Shown here one piece after another: positions 48,021 to 56,982 of a stretch of 64,000 bases of DNA; position 1 is the first letter of the stretch, and every line of letters starts with the position of its first letter. A program made the translations under genes and the position numbers. Source of the DNA: an uncultured Lachnospiraceae bacterium (lineage in GTDB: Bacteria > Bacillota > Clostridia > Lachnospirales > Lachnospiraceae). The notes under the pieces are model-generated. The model did not search any database, was not told the DNA's origin, and saw nothing but the letters and a program-made list of their open reading frames with translations. The DNA lies in contig CANQDW010000003.1 of the NCBI GenBank assembly GCA_947593975.1, positions 1,312 through 65,311 of the forward strand. Reading direction: 5' to 3'.

Positions 48021-49265
48021 ATGAAAATCAAAACAGTAAAAGGCACTAACGATTATCTCCCAAAGGAGGCGGCTCTAAGAGATTATCTTCAGAATACCAT
48101 TCTTAATACATATATAAATAACGGCTTTGAGCATATAACTACTCCCGCGATAGAAGACGCGGAGAATCTGGATAAAAGCGAAGGCGGGGAAAACCTTAAC
48201 CTTATATTTAAGATACTTAAGCGCGGTGATAAGCTTGAGCGGGCTATTGAAGAAAAAAAGTATGACGAACTGTCCGATATGGGATTAAGGTACGACCTGA
48301 CTCTTCCGTTGTCAAGATATTATGCGAATAATAAAGCCAATCTTGTGCTCCCTGTTAAAACAATACAGATAGACCGGGTATACCGCGCTGAAAGGCCGCA
48401 GAAGGGAAGGCTTAGGGAATTTGTGCAGTGCGATATAGATATACTCGGTTCCGAATCTTCATCTTGCGAGACGGAGCTTATATATACCACGGCGAAAGCG
48501 CTGCTTGCGATAAATATCAATGAATTCAGGATAAAGATCAACGACAGGCGCATACTTAATTCGGTACTTTTGCATATGGGCTTTGAAAAAGACGACCTTA
48601 TGGGAGTATGCATTATTTTTGACAAAATGGATAAGATCGGAAAAGACGGGGTGATGAGCGAACTTGCCGAAAAAGGATATGAAAGCGGCGTGCTTGACAG
48701 ATTTTCGGAGTTTGTTAACGAGGAGCACCTCGACCTTTTAAGCATACGTTCTTATATTGCCGAAGAAGACGAAGTATATATCGACCGGATTGAAAAGATC
48801 ATATCGGAATCAGAAAAGCTTGCGGCAGGCAGGTATGAGATCGTATTTGACATATCTTTAGTGCGCGGACAGGGCTATTATACAGGAACGATATTTGAAG
48901 TAGAGAGCTTAAGGTTCAAAGGCGCGATAGCGGGCGGCGGAAGGTATGATAACCTTATCGGGAAATTTACCGGTGAAAATATCCCGGCAGTAGGCTTTTC
49001 AATTGGCTTTGAAAGGATATTTTCTATCTTATCCGAACAGGGATATATGCCTTCTTCCATGAGAAAAAAGGTTGCGGTATTTTATTCGGGCGATGAATAT
49101 GTAAACGCCGCGGCCAAAGCTGACGAACTAAGAAAAGAATACGACGTTAATATGATCGAAAGGCCGAAGAAACTTGGCAAATATCTTAACAGGCTGGAAG
49201 AACAGGATTATTATGGTTATATGGTGTATGGCGAAACAGAGGATATAAAATATCTTTCGGTATAA
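48021..49265 (+). CDS. hisS: Histidine--tRNA ligase
   Basis: LRYDLT, YRAERPQKGRLREFVQCD, RGQGYYTG, GGGRYD, GFSIGFER. Confidence 0.96.
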   Translation: MKIKTVKGTNDYLPKEAALRDYLQNTILNTYINNGFEHITTPAIEDAENLDKSEGGENLNLIFKILKRGDKLERAIEEKKYDELSDMGLRYDLTLPLSRYYANNKANLVLPVKTIQIDRVYRAERPQKGRLREFVQCDIDILGSESSSCETELIYTTAKALLAININEFRIKINDRRILNSVLLHMGFEKDDLMGVCIIFDKMDKIGKDGVMSELAEKGYESGVLDRFSEFVNEEHLDLLSIRSYIAEEDEVYIDRIEKIISESEKLAAGRYEIVFDISLVRGQGYYTGTIFEVESLRFKGAIAGGGRYDNLIGKFTGENIPAVGFSIGFERIFSILSEQGYMPSSMRKKVAVFYSGDEYVNAAAKADELRKEYDVNMIERPKKLGKYLNRLEEQDYYGYMVYGETEDIKYLSV

Positions 49266-49277
49266 ATTGTATCCGGA

Positions 49278-49715
49278 TTGGAGGGACGGAAGTTGAAGGA
49301 AAGATTTCTCAGGTTCATGCAGGGAAGATACGGAGTTGATGAATTTTCGCGTTTCCTTATCTGGATGGTGATTGCGTTTTGGCTGCTTGCAATCGTTATC
49401 CGTATGGGAGGGGGAGCCGAAAACCACGCGGCTGCCGCCGCCGGAACTGTGTGCGATTACATTTCATTTGCCGCGATCATTTACAGCTGGTTTCGCATGA
49501 TCTCAAAGAACATAGCAAAAAGGCAGAATGAAAACCGTGTGTATCTGAAATATAAGCAGAAAATATCAGGTATATTTAAATCGGCGAGTACGGATAAAAC
49601 GCACAAAATATATAAATGTCCCAAGTGCGGACAGAAGATCAGGGTTCCGAAGCATAAAGGGAAAATAGCAATATCATGTCCTAACTGCAGGACGGAATTT
49701 GTAAAAAAGACCTGA
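49278..49715 (+). CDS. Hypothetical membrane protein with C-terminal Zn ribbon
   Basis: FMQGRYGVD, 2 TM helices, CPKC...RVP...G....CPNC. Confidence 0.8.
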   Translation: MEGRKLKERFLRFMQGRYGVDEFSRFLIWMVIAFWLLAIVIRMGGGAENHAAAAAGTVCDYISFAAIIYSWFRMISKNIAKRQNENRVYLKYKQKISGIFKSASTDKTHKIYKCPKCGQKIRVPKHKGKIAISCPNCRTEFVKKT

Positions 49716-49731
49716 CAGGTGATAATTGTTT

Positions 49732-50613
49732 ATGTTTGGATATATTATATTTAATAAGCCGGAACTGAAATTCAGGGAATTTGATGAATACAGGGAGTGT
49801 TACTGCGGCATATGCAGGAGGCTTAAGAAGAATGCGGGAAACGCGGGACAGCTTGCGCTTAATTATGATATAACGTTCCTTTTTATGCTGCTTACGGGAT
49901 TGTATGAACCGGCATGCGGCAAAAAAAAGATCAGATGCATGATACATCCGTTAAAAAAGCGCGGTATCATTGAAAATGAATTTGCAGATTACAGCGCTGA
50001 TATGGGACTTCTTCTGGTATATTATAAGTGTCTTGACGACTGGAATGACGAGAAAAAACTTTCCAGATATATATATTCGGCGCTGATCAAGAAAAAAGTC
50101 CGTCTGATAAAAGATAAATATCCAAAAAAATGCGAAAATATTGAAAAACTGCTCGATAAGCTGAGCGAATATGAAAAACGCGGAGAGCGCAGCATAGACA
50201 TGGTATCCGGATGCTTCGGGAGCATAATGTCGGAAATATTCGGATATAAGGACGATATATGGAAAGATACTTTGGAACGCCTCGGATTTTATATGGGGAA
50301 ATATATATACCTTATGGACGCTTACGAGGATATTGAAGATGATATAAAGACGGGGTCTTATAATGTCCTTCGGAATGTCTATGAGAAGTCTGCGGCTGAA
50401 TGCGATGACAGATACGCGGCTTTTATGGATTTTTCGGATAAGTGCAGGAAGCTTATGACAATGATGATAACGGAATGCGCAAAACAGTTTGAAAAGCTTC
50501 CGGTAATCATATATGCAGATATACTAAGGAATATACTGTATTCGGGCGTATGGTGCCGCTTTAATGAAATAACGGCAAAGATGCTCAAAACTTGTAAAAA
50601 AGGGGAAAAATAA
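49732..50613 (+). CDS. DUF5685-family protein
   Basis: MFGY...YCG.C...[24 protein letters not shown]. Confidence 0.82.
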   Translation: MFGYIIFNKPELKFREFDEYRECYCGICRRLKKNAGNAGQLALNYDITFLFMLLTGLYEPACGKKKIRCMIHPLKKRGIIENEFADYSADMGLLLVYYKCLDDWNDEKKLSRYIYSALIKKKVRLIKDKYPKKCENIEKLLDKLSEYEKRGERSIDMVSGCFGSIMSEIFGYKDDIWKDTLERLGFYMGKYIYLMDAYEDIEDDIKTGSYNVLRNVYEKSAAECDDRYAAFMDFSDKCRKLMTMMITECAKQFEKLPVIIYADILRNILYSGVWCRFNEITAKMLKTCKKGEK

Positions 50614-51245
50614 TGGCTAAAGACCCATACAGCGTTCTTGGCGTTCCAAGAAACGCCACGGATGATGAGATAAAAAAAGCATACAGGAACCTCAGCAGGA
50701 AGTATCATCCCGATGCCAATATCAATAATCCTAATAAGGAATACGCTGAGCAGATGTTTAAAGAAGTACAGCAGGCATACCAGCAGATCATGGACAGCCG
50801 GTCAGGCGGTTACGGCTCATATAATTACGGCGGCGGTTTCTATGGATATAATGAGAATAAAGAATATGAAGATGACGATACAAGATATATGAAAGCCGTG
50901 ATCAATTATATCAACAACAGAAGGTTTAACGAAGCGTGCAACCTGCTTAACTCGATAAAAAACCGCACCGGTCAGTGGTATTATTACAGCGCTATCGCAA
51001 ACGCCGGAGCGGGAAATAATGTTACTGCGATGGAACATATAAATACCGCATGTGAAATGGAGCCTTACAACACTGATTATGCGCGTCTTAAGAACCAGCT
51101 TGAAAACGGCGGCGACTGGTACGCGGGACGTACCACGATGTATGGTTTCCCGGGAAGCGACAATGCGGGCATGTGCGGCAAGCTGTGCATGTATTACTGC
51201 CTGTGCAACCTGTGTTCGGGCGGCAGGATGATCATGTGCATGTAA
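50613..51245 (+). CDS. J-domain protein with TPR and Cys-rich tail
   Basis: DPY.VLGV...[14 protein letters not shown]; TPR-like WYYYSAIA; C-terminal five-Cys cluster. Confidence 0.9.
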   Translation: MAKDPYSVLGVPRNATDDEIKKAYRNLSRKYHPDANINNPNKEYAEQMFKEVQQAYQQIMDSRSGGYGSYNYGGGFYGYNENKEYEDDDTRYMKAVINYINNRRFNEACNLLNSIKNRTGQWYYYSAIANAGAGNNVTAMEHINTACEMEPYNTDYARLKNQLENGGDWYAGRTTMYGFPGSDNAGMCGKLCMYYCLCNLCSGGRMIMCM

Positions 51246-51253
51246 TTTTGCTC

Positions 51254-51282
51254 TTGAATAAGAGCGGGTATTCCTATATACT
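51254..51282 (+). promoter_or_regulatory. Sigma-A promoter of serS
   Basis: TTGAAT-17 nt-TATACT; a GCTCTT/AAGAGC palindrome overlaps the -35. Confidence 0.6.
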
Positions 51283-51319
51283 GTTTGATAAGGCTTAGTT
51301 GATGTAAGGAGGAAATCAA

Positions 51320-52603
51320 ATGTTAGATATGCAGTTTGTCCGTGACAATCCGGACATAGTGAAACGTAATATCAAGAATAAGTTTCAGGATGAAAAACTG
51401 CCTTTAGTTGATGAGGTTATAGAATTTGATAAAAGATCGCGCGCGGCAAAAAAGGAAGCCGACGACCTTCGCGCGGAGCGAAACGCCATATCAAAGCAGA
51501 TAGGCGCGCTTATGGCTCAGGGCAGGAAAGAAGAAGCGGAAGAAGCCAAGAAAAAGGTCACTGAAAAATCAGAGTATCTCGCATCCCTTGAAGAAGAAGA
51601 GGCGAAACTTAAAGAAGAGATAAGAAAGAGGATGCTTGTCATACCTAATATTATCGATGAAAGCGTCCCTATCGGAAAAGATGACAGCGAGAATGTCGAA
51701 GTTAAAAGGTACGGAGAACCAAAAATCCCGGATTTTGAGATACCTTATCATACCGATATAATGGAAAGGCTTTCCGGAATCGACCTTGATGCGGCAAGGA
51801 GAGTTGCCGGAAACGGTTTCTATTATCTTATGGGCGATATTGCGAGGCTTCATTCAGCGGTGATCGCATATGCAAGGGACTTTATGATAGACAGAGGGTT
51901 CACTTACTGCATACCGCCGTATATGATAAGAAGCGAAGTTGTTACGGGGGTTATGAGCTTTGCCGAAATGGAAGCAATGATGTATAAGATCGAAGGCGAA
52001 GATCTGTATCTTATAGGTACGAGCGAACATTCTATGATAGGAAAGTTCATCGATACGATAATCCCGGAAGAAGAACTTCCAAAAACCCTTACAAGCTATT
52101 CACCGTGTTTCAGAAAAGAAAAAGGCGCGCACGGCCTTGAAGAAAGAGGCGTATACAGAATACACCAGTTTGAGAAACAGGAAATGATAGTTGTGTGCAA
52201 ACCCGAAGAAAGCCCGGTATGGTTTGACAGGCTGTGGCAGAATACCGTGGATCTGTTCAGGTCGCTTGACATACCTGTAAGAACGCTTGAATGCTGTTCG
52301 GGAGATCTTGCGGATCTTAAAGTAAAATCGATCGATGTTGAGGCGTGGTCGCCAAGACAGCAAAAATATTTTGAGGTCGGCAGCTGTTCAAATCTCGGCG
52401 ACGCTCAGGCAAGACGCCTTAAGATACGTTATAAAAAAGAGGACGATAAGTCCAAAGTCTTTGCGCATACTTTAAACAATACGGTTGTTGCGCCTCCAAG
52501 AATGCTCATAGCATTTCTTGAAAACAACCTTAACGCAGACGGATCGGTGAACATACCCGAAGCGCTGCGTCCTTATATGGGAGGCAAATCTGTTATTAAA
52601 TGA
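51320..52603 (+). CDS. serS: Serine--tRNA ligase
   Basis: N-terminal coiled coil, LIGTSEH, FRKE, YRIHQFEK, EVGSCSN, HTLN. Confidence 0.97.
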   Translation: MLDMQFVRDNPDIVKRNIKNKFQDEKLPLVDEVIEFDKRSRAAKKEADDLRAERNAISKQIGALMAQGRKEEAEEAKKKVTEKSEYLASLEEEEAKLKEEIRKRMLVIPNIIDESVPIGKDDSENVEVKRYGEPKIPDFEIPYHTDIMERLSGIDLDAARRVAGNGFYYLMGDIARLHSAVIAYARDFMIDRGFTYCIPPYMIRSEVVTGVMSFAEMEAMMYKIEGEDLYLIGTSEHSMIGKFIDTIIPEEELPKTLTSYSPCFRKEKGAHGLEERGVYRIHQFEKQEMIVVCKPEESPVWFDRLWQNTVDLFRSLDIPVRTLECCSGDLADLKVKSIDVEAWSPRQQKYFEVGSCSNLGDAQARRLKIRYKKEDDKSKVFAHTLNNTVVAPPRMLIAFLENNLNADGSVNIPEALRPYMGGKSVIK

Positions 52604-52638
52604 TCTGAAATATATTAAAATAAAAGGAGGACAAGTAT

Positions 52639-53262
52639 ATGTCAATCGAATTAAAAAAAGTTACGGACGAGGCATTTTCCAAGTACGGAAGGATAATAAG
52701 CGGCTATGATACGGCTGAGCTTATTGAAAAAATGGGCGCAACGCCTCTTCCTGATGATGTGATCTATGTTGCATCGGATCCTGCGCTTGAGGCGCTTGAT
52801 ATCGCAAAAGATTTTAACATGAGCCTTTACGGAGGACTGCCTGTGGAGATAGGTTACTGCAACGGACATAATAAGTTCCTTAATGCCGTTGAATATCATA
52901 GGACTTCGGAATTTAACATTGCGTGCGATGACCTTATTCTTCTTCTCGGAAGCCAGCAGGATATAAAGGAAGATTATACTTATGATACGTCGCTTATCGA
53001 GGCTTTCCTTATTCCAAAGGGAACGATGATCGAATGTTATGCGACTACGCTTCATTATGCGCCGTGCAGTTATATGGGAAATGGTTTCAGATGCGTTATT
53101 CTCCTTCCTAAGGAAACTAATTATGACCTTGAGGCTGTTCCGGCGATCACTGACGAAGATCCTAAGCTTGCCGCAAGGAACAAATGGCTTATCGCGCATC
53201 CTGACGCAGGCATTGAAGGCGCATTCTGCGGACTTAAGGGCGAGAATATATCGGTAGACTGA
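52639..53262 (+). CDS. DUF4867-family protein
   Basis: GYCNGHN..LNAVEYHR.SE, YATTLHYAPC, NKWLIAH. Confidence 0.8.
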   Translation: MSIELKKVTDEAFSKYGRIISGYDTAELIEKMGATPLPDDVIYVASDPALEALDIAKDFNMSLYGGLPVEIGYCNGHNKFLNAVEYHRTSEFNIACDDLILLLGSQQDIKEDYTYDTSLIEAFLIPKGTMIECYATTLHYAPCSYMGNGFRCVILLPKETNYDLEAVPAITDEDPKLAARNKWLIAHPDAGIEGAFCGLKGENISVD

Positions 53263-53891
53263 TGAAGGAAAAATATATATTGGCGTCAGGCTCGCCAAGA
53301 AGGAAAGAAATTCTGAACCTGATTGGCATAGAATTTGAAGTGATAAAGAGCGGCTGCGAAGAATGCGCAGCAAGTACCGAGCCTGAAGAAATGGTAAAGG
53401 AGCTTGCCGGCATGAAAAGCCGTGATGTGGCTGAGCAGATCATATCGGGAAGCGCTGCCTTAGATGCAGAATACGGACAGGACATATACATCATAGGCGC
53501 CGATACAATGGTATTTTATAACGGGCTTGCGCTCGGGAAGCCAAAGGATGAAGATGATGCGGTATCAATGCTTTGTATGCTTTCCGGCAATACCCATCAG
53601 GTGTGTACCGGAGTATCCGTATTAAAGCTTGTTAAGGAAACTGACGGTTTATGCATAAGAGACAGCAGGTCCTTTTCGGAAACTACTCATGTAAGCGTTG
53701 CCGATATGGAAAAAGAGGATATACTTGAATATATAAGTACCGGAGATTATAAGGATAAAGCGGGCTCATACGGAATACAGGGACTATTTTCAAGATATGT
53801 GCGAAAGATAGACGGCGACTATTTTAATGTCGTGGGATTTCCGGCCTGCAGATTCTATACGGAAATGAAATACCTTAAGAGCGGTAAATAA
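53262..53891 (+). CDS. maf: Maf nucleoside triphosphate pyrophosphatase
   Basis: ILASGSPRRKEIL, GADT, KP, DKAGSYGIQG, NVVG.P. Confidence 0.95.
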   Translation: MKEKYILASGSPRRKEILNLIGIEFEVIKSGCEECAASTEPEEMVKELAGMKSRDVAEQIISGSAALDAEYGQDIYIIGADTMVFYNGLALGKPKDEDDAVSMLCMLSGNTHQVCTGVSVLKLVKETDGLCIRDSRSFSETTHVSVADMEKEDILEYISTGDYKDKAGSYGIQGLFSRYVRKIDGDYFNVVGFPACRFYTEMKYLKSGK

Positions 53892-53948
53892 TTAAAATGC
53901 TTTCTGCAGATAATGATAATAAAAATTATCGGCAGGAGGCATTTTTTT

Positions 53949-54989
53949 ATGCTTAAAATAGCGTTTTATGATACAAAACCGTATGACAGGGAGTGGTTTG
54001 AAAAGAAAGAACATAATGGTATAGAATTCAGATATTATGAACACAGGCTCGATTCCGATACCGCGGACTTTGCAAGAAACTGCGACGGGGTATGCGCGTT
54101 TGTAAACGACACGATAGACAAAGAAGTGATCGACAGACTGTATGATATCGGGATACGGCTCATTGCGCTGAGGTGCGCCGGATATAACAACGTGGACTTT
54201 AAAGCAGCGTATCAGAAAATAAGCGTTGTAAGGGTGCCGGGGTATTCGCCGTATGCGGTGGCAGAACATGCAATGGGACTCCTTTTATGCCTTAACAGAA
54301 AGATCCATAAGGCATATTTTAGGACAAGGGATTTTAATTTCAGCCTTAACGGGCTTACGGGATTTGATCTGCATGATAAAACCGCAGGCGTAATAGGAAC
54401 CGGTAAGATAGGACAGGTATTCATATCAATATGCAACGGTTTCGGTATGAACGTCATTGCATATGATCCGTATCCCGCAAAAAATTCAGGCATAACTTAT
54501 GTTTCAAAAGACGAGCTTTTTAAGAGGAGCGATATCATATCGCTGCACTGCCCGCTTACTGACGAGACAAAACACATTATCAATAAAGAAAGCCTTAATA
54601 AAATGAAAGACGGCGTATATATAATCAACACGTCCCGCGGCAGCCTCATAGAGAGCGAAGATCTGTATGAAGCGATTAAAAGCGGCAGGGTGGGCGCTGC
54701 GGGGCTTGATGTATATGAAGAAGAGGCAGACCTTTTCTTTGAAGATATGAGCAACTGCATAATAAAAGACGATGTGCTCAAGCTGTTTTTATCGCTGCCA
54801 AATGTGCTTATAACGTCGCATCAGGCATTTCTTACCGCCGAAGCGCTCTCGAACATTGCCGGATGCACAATAGATAATATAAATGCATATTTTAGTGGTG
54901 AGGCGCTCGAAAATGAGATATGTTATAACTGCCTTCCGGGCGAAAGACACGGAAAATGCCGTAAAAAAGAAAAAGGACGCTGTTTTTAG
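53949..54989 (+). CDS. ldhA: D-2-hydroxyacid (D-lactate) dehydrogenase
   Basis: LRCAGYNNVD, AVAEH, GTGKIG, SLHCPL, NTSRG, LDVYEEE, TSHQAF. Confidence 0.9.
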   Translation: MLKIAFYDTKPYDREWFEKKEHNGIEFRYYEHRLDSDTADFARNCDGVCAFVNDTIDKEVIDRLYDIGIRLIALRCAGYNNVDFKAAYQKISVVRVPGYSPYAVAEHAMGLLLCLNRKIHKAYFRTRDFNFSLNGLTGFDLHDKTAGVIGTGKIGQVFISICNGFGMNVIAYDPYPAKNSGITYVSKDELFKRSDIISLHCPLTDETKHIINKESLNKMKDGVYIINTSRGSLIESEDLYEAIKSGRVGAAGLDVYEEEADLFFEDMSNCIIKDDVLKLFLSLPNVLITSHQAFLTAEALSNIAGCTIDNINAYFSGEALENEICYNCLPGERHGKCRKKEKGRCF

Positions 54990-54991
54990 TG

Positions 54992-55020
54992 TTGATATTT
55001 TAATATAAAGGGTGTATTAT
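54992..55020 (+). promoter_or_regulatory. Sigma-A promoter of the aminotransferase gene
   Basis: TTGATA-17 nt-TATTAT. Confidence 0.55.
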
Positions 55021-55051
55021 AACTAACGGAGAAAAGACAGGAGGATATATA

Positions 55052-56335
55052 ATGAATATACCGTATACGAAACTGAACAAAGATCAGCTTATCAAAGAAA
55101 GAGAAAAGGTAGAAGAAGAGTACAACAGATATAAGGAAATGGATCTGAACCTCGATATGTCAAGGGGCAAGCCCTCAAAAGAACAGCTTGACATATCCGT
55201 GGGGATAATGGACGCCGTAAACAGTTCATCCGATTATATGAGCGGCGCAGACGTAAGAAATTACGGACTCCCGGCAGGAATACCGGAAGCAAAGAAACTT
55301 ATGGCGGATATGCTTGATGTGGAAACTGACGAGATCATAGTAAGCGGAAACTCAAGCCTTAATATAATGTTTGACCTTGTGTCAACTGCAATGATCAAGG
55401 GAATCATGGGACACACTCCCTGGTGCAGGCTTGATAAAGTAAAGTTTTTGTGCCCGGTTCCCGGTTATGACAGACATTTTGGGGTAACCGAATATTTCGG
55501 AATAGAAATGATAAATGTACCTATGACGGCAGACGGACCTGATATGGATATAGTCGAAGAGTATGTTAATAATGATGAATCCGTAAAGGGAATATGGTGC
55601 GTGCCTAAGTATTCCAATCCTCAGGGGATCACTTATTCAGACGAAACGGTAAGGCGGATGGCTGCGCTTAAGCCGGCGGCAGAGGATTTCAGGATATTCT
55701 GGGACAATGCGTATTGTATACACCATATATATGAGGATGTACAGGATAAGCTCCTTCCGATACTTCCGGAATGTAAGAAAAACGGCAGCGAGGATATGGT
55801 GTACATACTCGGTTCGACATCTAAAGTAACTTTTGCCGGAGGCGGAATATCTGCAGTGGGAGCTTCAAAGGCAAATATTGCGGATATTATGAAAAGGATC
55901 ACGATACAGACGATAGGACATGACAAGATCAACCAGCTCAGGCATGTAAGGTATTTTAAAGATATAGACGGCATGAACAGGCATATGATGAAACATGCAG
56001 AGCTTGTCCGTCCCAAATTCACGCTTGTCCTTGACATCCTTGATGAGGAGCTTGGAGGTCTTGACATAGCCGAATGGATCAAGCCTAACGGCGGATATTT
56101 TATATCTTTTGACGCAATGGAAGGCTGCGCTAAAACGATAGTGGCTCTTGCAAAAGATGCGGGAGTAGTGCTTACGGGAGCAGGTTCAACGTTCCCATAC
56201 AAAAAAGATCCAAAGGACAGCAATATAAGGATCGCGCCTACATTCCCGTCTATGGAAGATCTTGAAATGGCTGCAAGGCTGTTTGTGATATGCGTAAAAC
56301 TCGCTTCTCTTGATAAACTTATCAAGACGGCGTAA
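55052..56335 (+). CDS. PLP-dependent class I/II aminotransferase (aspartate aminotransferase-like)
   Basis: LDMSRGKP, PGYDRHF, VPKYSNPQG, WDNAY, STSKVTF, NIRIAPT. Confidence 0.88.
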   Translation: MNIPYTKLNKDQLIKEREKVEEEYNRYKEMDLNLDMSRGKPSKEQLDISVGIMDAVNSSSDYMSGADVRNYGLPAGIPEAKKLMADMLDVETDEIIVSGNSSLNIMFDLVSTAMIKGIMGHTPWCRLDKVKFLCPVPGYDRHFGVTEYFGIEMINVPMTADGPDMDIVEEYVNNDESVKGIWCVPKYSNPQGITYSDETVRRMAALKPAAEDFRIFWDNAYCIHHIYEDVQDKLLPILPECKKNGSEDMVYILGSTSKVTFAGGGISAVGASKANIADIMKRITIQTIGHDKINQLRHVRYFKDIDGMNRHMMKHAELVRPKFTLVLDILDEELGGLDIAEWIKPNGGYFISFDAMEGCAKTIVALAKDAGVVLTGAGSTFPYKKDPKDSNIRIAPTFPSMEDLEMAARLFVICVKLASLDKLIKTA

Positions 56336-56340
56336 AGGAG

Positions 56341-56958
56341 TTGTCTTATTTGCAGGATAACCGTATAAATTACCAGAAGGAGCTTGATAAGCTCCTTGAT
56401 AACCTTTCGGATAATGAAACGACTGACATAATGCTGCATGCGTGCTGTGCCCCATGCAGCAGTTATTGTATTGAATATCTTTCGGAATATGTTAATATAG
56501 TAGTATTCTTTTATAATCCCAACATTTCAAGCGATACCGAGTATATAAAAAGAGCCTCTGAGCTAAAAAGGCTTATAAGGGAAAGCAGTTATAAAAATAA
56601 AGTAACATATATAGAGGCGGATTATGAACCGGATGAGTTTTACAGCGCGGTCAAAGGATATGAGTCATGCCCCGAAGGAGGTGAACGTTGTTTTATATGT
56701 TATGAGCAGAGGCTCAGAAGGACGGCAAAAGAAGCGGTAAAGCATAACTGCAGTTATTTTTGCTCAACGCTTACGATAAGCCCGTTAAAGCCTGCCGCAA
56801 AAATAAACGAGATTGGCATAAAGATCGCGAAAGAAGAAAATGTATTGTGGCTGCCGTCTGATTTTAAGAAGAAAAACGGATATAAAAGAAGTATAGAATT
56901 GTCAAAAGAACACAATCTGTACAGACAGAATTATTGTGGGTGCATATATTCAATGTAA
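56341..56958 (+). CDS. queH: Epoxyqueuosine reductase QueH (DUF208)
   Basis: LHACCAPCS, YNPNI, RCFICY, YRQNYCGC. Confidence 0.93.
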   Translation: MSYLQDNRINYQKELDKLLDNLSDNETTDIMLHACCAPCSSYCIEYLSEYVNIVVFFYNPNISSDTEYIKRASELKRLIRESSYKNKVTYIEADYEPDEFYSAVKGYESCPEGGERCFICYEQRLRRTAKEAVKHNCSYFCSTLTISPLKPAAKINEIGIKIAKEENVLWLPSDFKKKNGYKRSIELSKEHNLYRQNYCGCIYSM

Positions 56959-56982
56959 TGCATAATGGGAAGGAGTAAAAAA

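Noticed and set aside
55633-56439. 268-aa minus-strand ORF
   Set aside because: Antisense to the aminotransferase and queH.
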